Origin: Candidatus Omnitrophota bacterium
GTDB taxonomy: Bacteria; Omnitrophota; Omnitrophia; Omnitrophales; Aquincolibacteriaceae
Direction: 5' to 3'
DNA length: 64,000 nt
Assembly: GCA_003140935.1 (NCBI GenBank)
Contig: PLLJ01000038.1
Location: 6,858-70,857 of the forward strand
In this document: in pieces, positions 27,409 to 37,705 of the stretch
Layout: the number at the start of each line of letters is the position of its first letter
Numbering within the stretch: the stretch's first letter is position 1
Made by a program: the position numbers and the translations under genes
Notes under the pieces: model-generated
Told to the model about the DNA's origin: nothing
Databases searched by the model: none
Seen by the model: only the letters and a program-made list of their open reading frames with translations

Positions 27409-27915
27409 TTAGATAGTCACACCTTCCGCACTCAATATTTCCCATTCATAATGTGCATTTTTACTCCCGGAAAGGACCGGAAAGCCGAAATTGCCGACCT
27501 GAAGTGGGGCGATGGATAAATTATCATCCATATAAACCCGTTGGATCTGGCGATCTTGTTCATTGATCGTTAATTGAATAAAAACCTTTGTGATTTTAAG
27601 ATTATAATTACCATTATAAATCCTGCCGGAGTAATAATCGGGAGTATAACCAAGGCCTGTAGAACCGATCAACATTTCTAATTCCGCCGGAGATAATTTC
27701 CTTCCTTTCGGCTTTTTTTTAACAGAAAACTTATCGCGGCAGGCCAATGCTATCTGCGCCTCGCCTAACTGAGTGTGTACGCTGCGCATATTTCGTAATA
27801 AGCAATCGTCATAATTTTTGGGTTCGTAACCCACATAACTCAATAGGACCGCCGAAGTGACGACCACTCCGATCAAACTGCCGATGAAAACTCCCGTTTT
27901 AACATTCATCTCCAC
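27409..27915 (-). CDS. Membrane-anchored hypothetical protein
   Basis: 168 aa with an N-terminal TM helix; no recognizable domain. Confidence 0.45.
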   Translation of the reverse strand: MEMNVKTGVFIGSLIGVVVTSAVLLSYVGYEPKNYDDCLLRNMRSVHTQLGEAQIALACRDKFSVKKKPKGRKLSPAELEMLIGSTGLGYTPDYYSGRIYNGNYNLKITKVFIQLTINEQDRQIQRVYMDDNLSIAPLQVGNFGFPVLSGSKNAHYEWEILSAEGVTI

Positions 27916-28140
27916 GCCCTCCTCTTATTTCTCTTCACCATTCTATCTCCTCATCCTCAACTCGAAAACGTCTAAATAACTTCGATCTGCTCCGTTGGTT
28001 TGATCTCTCCCGGCTCAAGACGCTTACTTTAAAACGCTCACCGTTTTACTCACGCCCCTTATTCCGGGGGCTTTAAAAACACGAAGGCCACCGGGGTTAT
28101 CCCCCGATGGCCTTTTAAAATAAACGATAAACCCGTACGT

Positions 28141-28746
28141 CTATTTGAGCACGGGCACTGCAGCATTCTTCAAGAACCCGGCCTCGTCATACTCGCTAGC
28201 GGCTCCTATCAGAACGCCATTTTTGGTGTTTCGCTGGGCCTTCAGCTTTCCGTCCTCATAATATTCCTTGACGGTTGCTATGCCGGACTGACCGTTAAGG
28301 GAGGACTCTGATTTCAGTTGCCCGCTTTCAAAATACTCTTTAACGGTCCTCTCCACGACCCTCCCCTGCTGGAAGATCACGTATGTTTTTAATCGTCCGC
28401 TGTCGTAGTACTCCTTAAGCCATCTCTCGTCGATCTTCCCGTTTTTATACATGGTTTCCGTCTCCAATTTCCCGTCCGGGAAATAGGTTTTGCGCGGGCC
28501 ATCGAATACTCCGTTATCAAAAAACTCCGAGAGTCTCAATTGTCCGCTCGGATAATAAGTTTTACACAGACCATCGCGCTCTCCATTCTCGTAAGAGCAT
28601 TCAAACTCTAATTGTCCGTTGCTAAAATAGCTCTTTCTTGTCTCGATCTTTGCGGTCTTATGCGGAAGAAGAAACATGGCCAAAATAATAATGACAACCC
28701 CTATGATACTGCCAGCAAGCACCTTTGTTTTTATATCCTTCTTCAT
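28141..28746 (-). CDS. MORN-repeat variant protein (YwqK-like), membrane-anchored; paralog of 22724-23230
   Basis: MKKDIKTKVLAGSIIGVVIIILAMFLL TM anchor followed by repeats ..KTYYPSGQLR..KTYFPDGKLETETMYKNGKIDE..KEYYDSGRLK..KEYFESGQLK..KEYYEDGKLK. ATG at 28746 is preceded by AGGGGGA. Confidence 0.65.
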   Translation of the reverse strand: MKKDIKTKVLAGSIIGVVIIILAMFLLPHKTAKIETRKSYFSNGQLEFECSYENGERDGLCKTYYPSGQLRLSEFFDNGVFDGPRKTYFPDGKLETETMYKNGKIDERWLKEYYDSGRLKTYVIFQQGRVVERTVKEYFESGQLKSESSLNGQSGIATVKEYYEDGKLKAQRNTKNGVLIGAASEYDEAGFLKNAAVPVLK

Positions 28747-28888
28747 GGTTCCCCCTATTTTTCCCGCATGATAATGGTTATGGTTGATATCACCATGGCG
28801 CTCCCACGCTCTATATATTGTTCTAATCGGGGACAATCGTCAATAGAAAGGTGCGGGGTGCTGTTCGATAACGAAACGATAAACAGAG

Positions 28889-29125
28889 TCAGGATGGCTC
28901 TCTCATTTTCACCCAACCCATGTCGGGCCCCTCAAAACGCCATGTTTCGTCCGTCTTGGTATTAATACGGAAGAGCTGTTCTTCATCCCCCTTTTTCCGT
29001 GTGATGATATTGTCATCATCGCAACTGATATGGGCAGTCTCTCCCGCCAGCACCGGTTCTCTATCCTGAAATAGAACTATCGTGGCCGTTAAAAACAGGA
29101 GAACCAACGCGACGATTTTTCTCAT
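28889..29125 (-). CDS. Small secreted protein (78 aa), uncharacterized
   Basis: MRKIVALVLLFLTATIVLF signal-like N-terminus. Confidence 0.35.
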   Translation of the reverse strand: MRKIVALVLLFLTATIVLFQDREPVLAGETAHISCDDDNIITRKKGDEEQLFRINTKTDETWRFEGPDMGWVKMREPS

Positions 29126-29410
29126 TTCTTTTTCCTATTGCTCCTCTTGTTTTTATGCCTGATACCGCCCGCAGAAGGGTACGCGGTACCTTTTTACGGT
29201 TTTACCACGGAATGGCCATGCCAGCCTCAACCGTGATTTCCTTAAGCGGGAAGATACCGGGGACCTTCCTACAAGAGCCTCCCCATAACGTGGCCCCGCG
29301 TTTTTTCCCAAGGAGCTATTGCAAAAAGACGTTTCTGGTGTTAACTTTTCTACCGTCGTAAAAGAATTCCTGAGAATCGGGACTTATTTAAAAGAAAGGC
29401 GGAGATTGCT

Positions 29411-30646
29411 TTGATCCATGACCGGTTTGAGAAAGTATCTGCCGCAAAAAAGGGCTTCCTAGGGATCGCTGCCCTCTATTTTGTTCTCTCGCAAGCCGCT
29501 CTGCCGGGCTTCGCGGCAACGACGCAGCCTGAGGCCGGCATCCAGGCCGGATCGAACCAGCCTCAGACGGATGCCCTTGCGCAAAAAAACTCCGCGGCGG
29601 AAAAGGCCCCCGCACCTGGCACGATACGGCTTCCTCCCGCGATCCTTGATTTTTTGGCCACCGGCGCGCTCTCCGCTCCTTCGGCCGATGCAGAAACGCA
29701 GACCCGAACGGCTCCCGGAACGCCGGAGGTCGTGCCACCCCCTGGAGTCACGCCACCGCCCGAGACCGTCAGCACGAGAACGATCACACTCGGCGGGACC
29801 AAGGCCCCGGGACAAAGCCTCTGGATCTCTTCGAACGGCGGCAGGTCGTACACAATGTGTGTGGCGGAGAACACAGAGACCGCCTGGTCCGCTTCGGTGA
29901 ACCTTGTTGACGGAGCCAATGATTTCAGGATCGTCGCAGTGGATGAGTTTTTAAATCCAAGCACCGAAGTGAACGTGCCGACCATCACCTACAGTTATAC
30001 GGTGGCCACTCCCACGGTGACGCCGCCGCCCTTGTCCGTGTCGGACCGTCCATGGCTCATGTTAAGCGGAACGAAAGCGGCCGGAGAAAGCATCCGGGTC
30101 TCATCCAACGGAGGCCGGTCCTACACACAGCTTGTGCCCAAAACGACCGCCACGACGTGGTCCGCTTGGGTGAAACTGGCGAACGGTGCCAATGATTTCA
30201 TGGTTCTTGCCAAGGACAGGGCCGGCCATCCAAGCGCCGTGGTGACCCTTCCTCCGATCACTTATGCGATGAGCGCCCCCGCGGTGACGCCACCGCCCGC
30301 GACCGTGACCGCTCGTACCGTCACCTTAAGCGGAAGCAAGGTTATCGGAGCAAGCATCTGGATCTCCTCCGATGGCGGTCTCTCGTACACGCCGCTCGTC
30401 ATAAACGATATTTTTACGGCCTGGTCGGCTCCGGTAGATCTCGTCCGGGGGGATAATCATTTTACGGTCCTCGCGGAGGACTTGGCCGGCAATGCAAGCG
30501 CCCCCGTGGACATTCCCGCCATCCGGTGCACTTCGGTCATGCCGGCGCCGGGGAGCCACGAGATCCTGTTCCTGCAAGGTCCGACGCTGATCCCCGCCGG
30601 CACCGACAGAAACATGTGGCAGTCCCCTTTGGGGGGACAGACCTAA
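29411..30646 (+). CDS. Secreted repeat protein with four ~95-aa beta-sandwich-like repeats separated by TVTPPP linkers
   Basis: TTG start at 29411 (GGCGGAG upstream) gives a signal peptide KKGFLGIAALYFVLSQAALPGFAA. Four repeats of R(T/P)(I/V)TL(G/S)G(T/S)KA.G.S(L/I)(W/R)(I/V)SSNGG(R/L)SYT....T.TAWSA.V.L..G.N.F.(V/I)(V/L)A.D each follow a (V/A)TPPP linker. Confidence 0.6.
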   Translation: MIHDRFEKVSAAKKGFLGIAALYFVLSQAALPGFAATTQPEAGIQAGSNQPQTDALAQKNSAAEKAPAPGTIRLPPAILDFLATGALSAPSADAETQTRTAPGTPEVVPPPGVTPPPETVSTRTITLGGTKAPGQSLWISSNGGRSYTMCVAENTETAWSASVNLVDGANDFRIVAVDEFLNPSTEVNVPTITYSYTVATPTVTPPPLSVSDRPWLMLSGTKAAGESIRVSSNGGRSYTQLVPKTTATTWSAWVKLANGANDFMVLAKDRAGHPSAVVTLPPITYAMSAPAVTPPPATVTARTVTLSGSKVIGASIWISSDGGLSYTPLVINDIFTAWSAPVDLVRGDNHFTVLAEDLAGNASAPVDIPAIRCTSVMPAPGSHEILFLQGPTLIPAGTDRNMWQSPLGGQT

Positions 30647-30701
30647 CGGCATAGAAAAGTACCCGGGACCGCGTTTTAAGCCAAATCCTTGATCCGTTCT
30701 T

Positions 30702-32516
30702 TCAGGTGGGCTTGGTATGAAAAGCAGGAGGCGGCTGAACGCTAAAAGCAACGATCTTTAGGATCGCGCTTATAAAAATAACGAACGAGCAGAGGATCAT
30801 GAGCGCGATAAGCGCGATATTGAAATGGACCATGAACGGCGTCGCGGTCTCCGGCCAATAATGATGGGCGATCATCTGATAAGCGGCGGTCAGCGTGGTG
30901 ACGGCCACAAACACCCAGGGAACCGCGGTCGTCCAAGCGTACCGGCCCTTTCCCATTTTAACGAGCATCATCGTGCCGATGGCCAGCGAGATCGATGCCA
31001 GGAGCTGGTTCGCGATCCCGAACATGGGCCAGATCGTGTTGATACTCGCGTTCCAGATCAAAAATCCCCAGGCCAGGACCACGGCGAGGCTCGTGAGAAT
31101 GCTGCCCGGGACCCAGCGGGTATTCTTAAAGGGGGCATACACTTTCCCCAGCAGCTCCTGAAGAATGAACCGCCCGATCCTCGTGCCCGCATCCACCGTC
31201 GTAAGAATAAAGAGGGCCTCGAACATGATGAGGAAGTGATAGCAATACTTCATCAGAAAGCCTAGTCCCCTGATCGAGCCTAAAATGTGGGCCACTCCGA
31301 CCGCAAGCGATACCGCGCCCCCCGTCCTCCCCAGCAGGCTTTGCTCGCCGATCGCTTTCGTGAGCCAGGCGAGGTCCACGGGATGCATTCCGAGGGTGGC
31401 ATAAACAGAAGGAGAAACGTTGATGGCGTAATAATCGCCGGGGTGCATGGCGCAAGCCGCGATCAGACAGACAATGCTGATCAGGGACTCCGTCAGCATG
31501 CAACCATAACCGATCGGCCTGGCATGAAGCTCATTGGATAGCATTTTAGGCGTCGTCCCGGATGAAACCAACGCATGGAACCCTGATATCGCGCCGCACA
31601 TGATCGTGATAAAACAGAACGGCCACACCTTCCCGGGGACGATCGGCCCGCCGCCGTGAATGAATGGGGTGAACGCGGGAAATTCGATCTTGGGATTCAC
31701 GAGCACGATCCCGGCGACCAAAAGAAAGATCGTCCCGATCTTCATGTAGGAACTCAGATAATCCCGCGGCGCAAGGAGGAGCCAAACAGGAAGCACGGAC
31801 GCCGCGAAGCCGTAAATCGCCATGGCGATCACGATGCCGCCGCGGCTCAAAAGAAAGCAATGATTTAAAGCGGGGATCTCCGGGACCCATTTCCCGAAAA
31901 TGACCGCGGCCGAAAGGGCCGCCACTCCGAAGATCGTCGCCAGCTGGACCGCCCGGGGTGATCCCTGGTTCATGGCGTAGATATAGATCCCCATGGCCAT
32001 GGCGATCACGATCGAGGCCGCGATCGTGAAAGTCCCCCAGCTGCTTTCCGCCAGCGCATTGACCACGACAAACCCGAGTCCGGCAAGCGTGAGGGTAATA
32101 ATAAAAAGAAGCGCCACGGCACACGCGATCCCGGCGGGTTTCCCGAGTTCGGCGCGCGTGATCTCGGCAAGCGATTTCCCGTCCTGACGCGTCGAAATGA
32201 CGAGGATCACAAGATCATGGACCGCGCCGGCCAGCACGCTGCCGATCACCATCCAGAGAAGCCCCGGCATATAACCGAACTGGGCCGCAAGGACGGGCCC
32301 GACCAAGGGACCTGCCCCCGCGATCGCCGCGAAATGATGGCCGAAGAGCACCCACTTGGACATCGGATAATAATTGTGACCGTCGCGGAGACGATGAGCG
32401 GGTGTGACCCTAGCACTGTCGAGGGCGAGGACTTTACTTGCCAGAAAAGCGCTGTAATAACGGTAAGCAAGCGCGAAGATGCAAAGAACGATGATGAGGA
32501 TCGGAAGTGCTCTCAT
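30702..32516 (-). CDS. cstA: Carbon starvation protein CstA (peptide/pyruvate transporter family)
   Basis: 604 aa, polytopic; the N-terminus (ILIIVLCIFALAYRYYSAFLASKVL...FGHHFAAIAGAGPLVGPVLAAQFGY) is the conserved CstA N-terminal signature. Confidence 0.9.
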   Translation of the reverse strand: MRALPILIIVLCIFALAYRYYSAFLASKVLALDSARVTPAHRLRDGHNYYPMSKWVLFGHHFAAIAGAGPLVGPVLAAQFGYMPGLLWMVIGSVLAGAVHDLVILVISTRQDGKSLAEITRAELGKPAGIACAVALLFIITLTLAGLGFVVVNALAESSWGTFTIAASIVIAMAMGIYIYAMNQGSPRAVQLATIFGVAALSAAVIFGKWVPEIPALNHCFLLSRGGIVIAMAIYGFAASVLPVWLLLAPRDYLSSYMKIGTIFLLVAGIVLVNPKIEFPAFTPFIHGGGPIVPGKVWPFCFITIMCGAISGFHALVSSGTTPKMLSNELHARPIGYGCMLTESLISIVCLIAACAMHPGDYYAINVSPSVYATLGMHPVDLAWLTKAIGEQSLLGRTGGAVSLAVGVAHILGSIRGLGFLMKYCYHFLIMFEALFILTTVDAGTRIGRFILQELLGKVYAPFKNTRWVPGSILTSLAVVLAWGFLIWNASINTIWPMFGIANQLLASISLAIGTMMLVKMGKGRYAWTTAVPWVFVAVTTLTAAYQMIAHHYWPETATPFMVHFNIALIALMILCSFVIFISAILKIVAFSVQPPPAFHTKPT

Positions 32517-32649
32517 AGGGGGGAAGGCGATGCCTGTATGCCGTTACCTTTTTTAAGAAGTTCAAAGCGGCCAACATTATAGACTCATTGAAATCTCTTG
32601 GATAGACGAGTTTCAAAATGAGCCGGTTCACCGACAGGGTCTGCGTTCC

Positions 32650-33375
32650 TTAATAATGATGCGCCCAAAAAGTGACCGCATACGCTTTGGCGAAGAAAAG
32701 CCGGGGATTTTCCAGCATGGCCGAAGGCGGATATTTTTGCACATGCTGTAATGAATGTTTGCGCCAATCAAGGGGGCACAACAAATCGCCCGGATGGATT
32801 TTTAACTCATTTTTAAACGGTTTTCGGGTCATCCACGATTTGAGCCACAAGCCTCGATATTTTGAAACAGCATTTTTGAGCATGATAGGCCCCGTCGCGG
32901 CTTCAACTTGTGGAAGCATTTTATGGGCCGTAAGCTCTTTAAAAACAACCTCCCAAAAACGCGTTTTCCTTGCCGAGGCCATAATCGCATTCGAGATCGA
33001 ATGGGCCCACATCCTGGATTTTCCGACAAAAGATAAGATGACCTCATGATCGTTTAATAAGGGTTCGATGTTTTTCAGACACACATAATCGAGGTCCACA
33101 TAGAGCCCGCCATAATGGTAAAGAATAAAATAGTGGACCGCATCGGCCCTGAATATCTCCCGGGGATAATGATCATAGATGTCCAGGAACCAAGGGTATT
33201 CTTTTTCAATAAAACGCCTGTTGTCTTCATCCGTCCAAAGCCGGTATTCCCAATCGGGATGAAATTCCCTCCAAGAGTTGATCCATTCCTTTTTGTACAC
33301 ATGGTAAGGGATCTCTTTCGTTTTCCATGTCTGGTGAATGATTTTCGGAATTTTCATGGTAAAAGACTTTAACAA
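32650..33375 (-). CDS. Glycosyltransferase sugar-binding region protein (GT32/Och1-like, DxD motif)
   Basis: IPKIIHQTWKTKEIP... followed by YGGLYVDLDYVCL (DxD); this Gly_transf_sug-type architecture resembles capsular/mannosyltransferase enzymes. TTG at 33375 or ATG (MKIPK) at ~33357. Confidence 0.65.
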   Translation of the reverse strand: MLKSFTMKIPKIIHQTWKTKEIPYHVYKKEWINSWREFHPDWEYRLWTDEDNRRFIEKEYPWFLDIYDHYPREIFRADAVHYFILYHYGGLYVDLDYVCLKNIEPLLNDHEVILSFVGKSRMWAHSISNAIMASARKTRFWEVVFKELTAHKMLPQVEAATGPIMLKNAVSKYRGLWLKSWMTRKPFKNELKIHPGDLLCPLDWRKHSLQHVQKYPPSAMLENPRLFFAKAYAVTFWAHHY

Positions 33376-33567
33376 AAAGCGATGAGAATGTCTTTAGAGA
33401 TTTATCTTAAAATAGTTCGGTGCCGGTGAGTGTCCGGCCGCATTCGCAGGTATCAAAATAAATATAATTCCAGCAGGGGGAGATGGGTTGGGTTTCGGGG
33501 GCAATAACGAGGGTATGATGTTTAACTTTTAACGGGGATGATATTCGACGGAACGCAGAAGCTTCTT

Positions 33568-33897
33568 CTATGTTTCCATTTGAAAGAACCCTTCGATACA
33601 TGCGATCGCGCTGTCAGCATCTTCCCCTTCAGCTTCGATATAGAGTTTTGATTTCCAGGCAGCCGCCAGGAGAAGGAGGCTCATGATATTTTTACCATCG
33701 ACCGTGATTTTCCCTTGCCGGACACGAATGGTCGAGCTGAACCGTTTCATGTGGACCACGAATTTCGCTATCACTCGCAAGTGAAAACCAAGATGGCTTG
33801 GCATCGTAATCTCGATCGTCCGGACTAATAACTCAGCCGTTTTTTCCGTCGCGGCTTCGGTCCGTTGTCTGGATTCTGCGGTGCTTTGTGCCGTCAT
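33568..33897 (-). CDS. HPr-like phosphocarrier protein
   Basis: ..TIEITMPSHLGFHLRVIAKFV (His-15-region analog GLHARP -> GFHLRV) ..VDGKNIMSLL..AEGEDADSAIACI, the HPr family pattern. The N-terminal 20 aa are probably a leader or mis-called start. Confidence 0.6.
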   Translation of the reverse strand: MTAQSTAESRQRTEAATEKTAELLVRTIEITMPSHLGFHLRVIAKFVVHMKRFSSTIRVRQGKITVDGKNIMSLLLLAAAWKSKLYIEAEGEDADSAIACIEGFFQMET

Positions 33898-34268
33898 AGA
33901 GCACCTCCGCTGGTTTTAGGCTGCCAAGGGCTTCGATCGACACTCCAAAACTCACCGAAGGCTTCATTCTGCTTTCAGCGCAGAGGTTCGACCGCCTTTC
34001 AGCGAGAGCGTAGGAAAGATAAAAGATACGTTCTTCGTAGGCATTTATTATACACCTCAAAATATCTCTCATGGCAATTAATACCTCTCCTAAAAATCGT
34101 CTCGAAATGAGCCTACTTCCAGCATCGGGGAATGGGGAAAATAAGAGTCGGGACGGACATAAAAGCATTTCAGCGCGTACAAAACATTGCCGTTAACATG
34201 ATCGTCTTATACTCATAGCTGTACCACCGTTATGAACACAGCCATCGTGGGAGCCTAGATCTATTAAG

Positions 34269-34730
34269 ATGAATCAACGAGGTTTTACATTGGTTGAAAT
34301 CACGATTACAGCCGCAGTCATTGGACTTTTAGCGGCGATCGCTATTCCCAACTTATTGCGCGCCAGGATCAATGCCAATGAAGGCGCGATCAAAGCGGAT
34401 TTGAAAACGTTCAGTGAGGCGTGCGAAAGTTTCCGCTCTAGTCAAAATCCGCCGGCTTATCCGGCCGATATTGCGACCCTTGTGGTGCCGGCGGTTGGAC
34501 CCGGATATATCGACGCTTCATGGAATAATCCGACGAAGCATGGTTTTAACTTGACCTACGCAGTTGCGACCTACACCTATTCGTTACTAGCGGCTCCTGC
34601 GGTCGCTAACAAAACAGCCATTAATACCTATTGCATTGACCACGGAGGTGTCATTGTTGGGTCCGTGAACGGTGCGGACGCCCCAACAGCAACAGAAACG
34701 GGTTGCGCTGGAGGCACTCCGATTGTCTGA
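34269..34730 (+). CDS. Type IV pilin / pseudopilin-like protein (prepilin-type N-terminal cleavage/methylation domain)
   Basis: MNQRGFTLVEITITAAVIGLLAAIAIPNLLRAR: the GFTLVE prepilin motif plus a hydrophobic alpha1 helix. Confidence 0.75.
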   Translation: MNQRGFTLVEITITAAVIGLLAAIAIPNLLRARINANEGAIKADLKTFSEACESFRSSQNPPAYPADIATLVVPAVGPGYIDASWNNPTKHGFNLTYAVATYTYSLLAAPAVANKTAINTYCIDHGGVIVGSVNGADAPTATETGCAGGTPIV

Positions 34731-34874
34731 TGAGGGGCGTGCCCTGATTCGCCCCATGCAACTCCCAGCGCGCCCCGGGAGGGTGTTTTACTTATATCCT
34801 CGCGGTACCCCGTACCGTTCTATGATCAAGCAACTTGCCGCAAGCCTTTTCCCAGGACGCCCACTTTAGGACGC

Positions 34875-35117
34875 CTACTTTAATTTCGCGATCTTACCGC
34901 CGAGAAATTGCCCCGCAAAAAACGCGCCGACAAGGACCGGATACGTGACGGGATGAAAGCCGAGCCGCAAGAGGAAGCGGATCGCGATCACCAGCGGAAC
35001 GGGAAGATGCACCGCCAGGAACCAGGCGAGTGAAAATTTCCGGACGCGGGCGCGCCAATATCCGAAGGGAAGATTCAAAAGCATGACCGCGATTCCCGCA
35101 AGCCATAATGGATTCAT
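34875..35117 (-). CDS. Small membrane protein (80 aa, 2 TM)
   Basis: Hydrophobic ORF downstream of and adjacent to the 2H phosphoesterase gene; no motif. Confidence 0.4.
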   Translation of the reverse strand: MNPLWLAGIAVMLLNLPFGYWRARVRKFSLAWFLAVHLPVPLVIAIRFLLRLGFHPVTYPVLVGAFFAGQFLGGKIAKLK

Positions 35118-35132
35118 GAGTGTTAGGTATTC

Positions 35133-35858
35133 CTATCGAGAAGAGACTGTCGAAGCCCAAAGCTTCTTCCTGGCTGTCCCGAAATTTCCGAGTTGATAAA
35201 CGCCCACGCTTTCAATCTTGAAAGTGAACGGGGCATAAGGAGCCGCCATCATTTTTTTAAGAAAGTCCTCCTTGCCCAGCCCGATGGTAACATGCGGACG
35301 GTAATGATCTCCGCTGTGATGGATATAAGCTTCGATGTCAGCCACGGTCGTCTCGCCGATAGGAGCGCCGTTCTCGTTCGGAACAAAAGCGTCAGCAGTT
35401 CCGTTCGCAACCATGAACGGGCGTGCGGCATCGATCACTTCCTTTTGATATTCGAGCAGTTCCGGCGTTCGGGCGATCGCGATCACGGCCAGTCCCACCC
35501 CTTGTTCGGACGAGTAGGTATAATAACCCGTCGTCTTCAGTTCCATCCCGACAGGTTTCTGGGTATCCACCACCCGCTTCACAACAGCGGAAACCTTGTC
35601 GAGATCATTGGTGTGAACGTAGCACTGGAGGACAGAGATGTGCGCGATGTGTGTCGCATCCAGGGCAAAACCCTCCGGGTAGTGTTCCCGAAGGCGGGCG
35701 TTGTCGGCCTTGGCTTGTACGAGCATAGCATCATCGGGTTCGAGCAGAATGTCAATGGCGGTAAGGGCCTCGGATCGGGTTGAAACTTGCGGATCAGCGG
35801 AAAAGGCAACGTAAGGCAGTGAGAAAAATATCACGAGAATGAAACAGAATCTTTTCAT
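35133..35858 (-). CDS. Secreted 2H phosphoesterase superfamily protein (LigT-like, two H-x-[ST]-x motifs)
   Basis: ATG at 35858 gives an MKRFCFILVIFFSLPYVAFSA signal peptide. HISVL and HVTIG motifs are spaced ~100 aa apart, as in 2',5' RNA ligase / cyclic phosphodiesterase folds. Confidence 0.5.
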   Translation of the reverse strand: MKRFCFILVIFFSLPYVAFSADPQVSTRSEALTAIDILLEPDDAMLVQAKADNARLREHYPEGFALDATHIAHISVLQCYVHTNDLDKVSAVVKRVVDTQKPVGMELKTTGYYTYSSEQGVGLAVIAIARTPELLEYQKEVIDAARPFMVANGTADAFVPNENGAPIGETTVADIEAYIHHSGDHYRPHVTIGLGKEDFLKKMMAAPYAPFTFKIESVGVYQLGNFGTARKKLWASTVSSR

Positions 35859-36033
35859 GAAGGAATGATACCTTTCCTCTTTTTCACTACCACGGGATCG
35901 TGATGCCGGCCTCGAATCGGACGAGATTATCAAAATCTCGCCGAAGCCGTACCAAACCATTGGAATTTGGTACCGACCGCGTTTCCTTGAGCGATTCCCG
36001 AGGGCGCCTATTTTAGCGGCTCGATTCTCTGGG

Positions 36034-36867
36034 TTAAAATAGAAAAAACGCGCCTAAAACAAGACATACCAACAAAAATAATATATAGAGACCCATTAAA
36101 AACCAAAACAAATGCACGACCCAGGCGTTTTCTCTATTTGCGCCTTGAGATCCCACGGCGAAACTCGGGACCGGACGATGGACTGCGCCGGTTATTATAT
36201 CGTTCGCACCATACGGAATGTTTTCCGGGGTCCCTCGGGGCCGGGAGGCTGAAGGGTGAGCGGAGCTGAACGACATTTTGATTTTTTTTAGAATATCAAG
36301 TAACGCCACGACTCTGATCCGTTTACGCCGCCCCGGGTCGATCCCGTCTTTGAATCCGGGCGGTTCCGTGTCTTCTTGATCTTCAGTCCGCCATCTGAAT
36401 TTAATTTCAATGGAGTAGCTCATTTCTATGGCATAGATCACGATCCTGACCGCCAGGACGCTCAAGACCCCTGCGAACAAGAATCCCCAGGGGATCTTGT
36501 CGAATAGATCAGGACCGGAAGGCGTTGGGCTCAGGGGGCCCGGCGGCGGAGAGTTCTCCCCGGGCTTCGGCGAAATAACTGCCGTAGCGCCCTGGACCGC
36601 CCGGGGCGGTTCTTTCACGGGCGCGACCCCGAATGTTTTTTCGAGTTCCTTCCATCCTTTTATATATTCTCCGACGCGCACATATTGAAAACTCCGCACA
36701 AAAAATTCGCGCGTGGGTTCTGTCGCGAAATAGGCGAAAACTAAGGACAACCCGAGCATGACCGCGAGAGTGATCCAAAATTGGGGCACTTTGATCAGCG
36801 CCCGGGTGTGCGCCCACCAGCGCGAAAAGAACCAGGCCACTTGCTCCATGATCTTCTTAACATTCAT
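36034..36867 (-). CDS. Membrane protein, uncharacterized (last gene of the giant-protein operon)
   Basis: ATG at 36867 with an AGAGG RBS; 3-4 TM segments, a Pro/Gly-rich cytoplasmic loop and a C-terminal hydrophobic tail. Confidence 0.5.
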   Translation of the reverse strand: MNVKKIMEQVAWFFSRWWAHTRALIKVPQFWITLAVMLGLSLVFAYFATEPTREFFVRSFQYVRVGEYIKGWKELEKTFGVAPVKEPPRAVQGATAVISPKPGENSPPPGPLSPTPSGPDLFDKIPWGFLFAGVLSVLAVRIVIYAIEMSYSIEIKFRWRTEDQEDTEPPGFKDGIDPGRRKRIRVVALLDILKKIKMSFSSAHPSASRPRGTPENIPYGANDIITGAVHRPVPSFAVGSQGANRENAWVVHLFWFLMGLYILFLLVCLVLGAFFLF

Positions 36868-36916
36868 CCCCACAACCTCTTTTTTCTGTTCTCATGTAAA
36901 CTGGACGTTATCCGGC

Positions 36917-37687
36917 TTACCACGGAAAATAATCGGACTGGATGAGGGCTTTCGTCGCTCGGCCCATGCAAGCTTCGCCGGGTTTGGCCTCCAAACAACC
37001 CTTGAATCCTTCGGCTTTGTCCTGTTCGAAGGCTTGCCGGATAAGAAAATATTGATTTTTATTACCGAGTCGATGTAAATTTTGGCCTGATTTCTTCTCC
37101 ATGTATTTTAGGATCTCATCGCAAAAAGCAATCCCCTTCTCCACATCACCTATGTGATCGTAAAGATAAATGATTTTGCTGGTAATAATCGGCGCATAAT
37201 TCCCATCATATTTAATCGGAGGAAGTAATTTTTTGTATTTTTCTCGAAGATATTTGATGTATTCAAAAACGGGTTGTTCCAAGTGTGTGTTTTGAGCTTT
37301 GCAAAGTGCTTCGAGTTCGAGTTTGTCATTGATATATTCTTCTTTTTTTGGATTTTGATGAATGAACCAATCCATTTCATTTAGGGCATCTCGATATTTT
37401 CCCTGCAACCGATGAACATGCCTTATACGTGCTAAAGGCTGACATTTATCTTCTTCTCTTTTGATAAATTGAGGTGTCAAAGCTTCCTGATATTTATTAA
37501 TAGCATCTTCATACAAACCTTGTTCAACAAGTCGGTCGCCTTTGCGTTCAAGTTGAACTCGGCCGCCAATGACTGCAACCGATTGAAAAGATAGATCTTG
37601 TTTATCAACGCCATTAGCTAAAAGACACGAAAGAAAGAGAGTATTTGCTATCAAAAAAAACAAAAGGATAAACATAAACCGTTTCAT
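36917..37687 (-). CDS. TPR-like repeat lipoprotein (paralog A)
   Basis: MKRFMFILLFFLIANTLFLSC lipobox; helical repeat body (GLYEDAINKYQEAL.., YRDALNEMDWFI..). The C-terminal 60 aa are nearly identical to paralog B (..KKSGQNLHR.GNKNQYFLIRQAFEQD..G.KGC.....G..C.GRATKALIQSDYFPW). Confidence 0.6.
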   Translation of the reverse strand: MKRFMFILLFFLIANTLFLSCLLANGVDKQDLSFQSVAVIGGRVQLERKGDRLVEQGLYEDAINKYQEALTPQFIKREEDKCQPLARIRHVHRLQGKYRDALNEMDWFIHQNPKKEEYINDKLELEALCKAQNTHLEQPVFEYIKYLREKYKKLLPPIKYDGNYAPIITSKIIYLYDHIGDVEKGIAFCDEILKYMEKKSGQNLHRLGNKNQYFLIRQAFEQDKAEGFKGCLEAKPGEACMGRATKALIQSDYFPW

Positions 37688-37705
37688 GGATAAACAACCC
37701 AAATT

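Noticed and set aside
33833-34168. 111-aa minus-strand ORF downstream of HPr
   Set aside because: It overlaps the HPr-like gene start region, has no RBS and no motifs, and is likely spurious.
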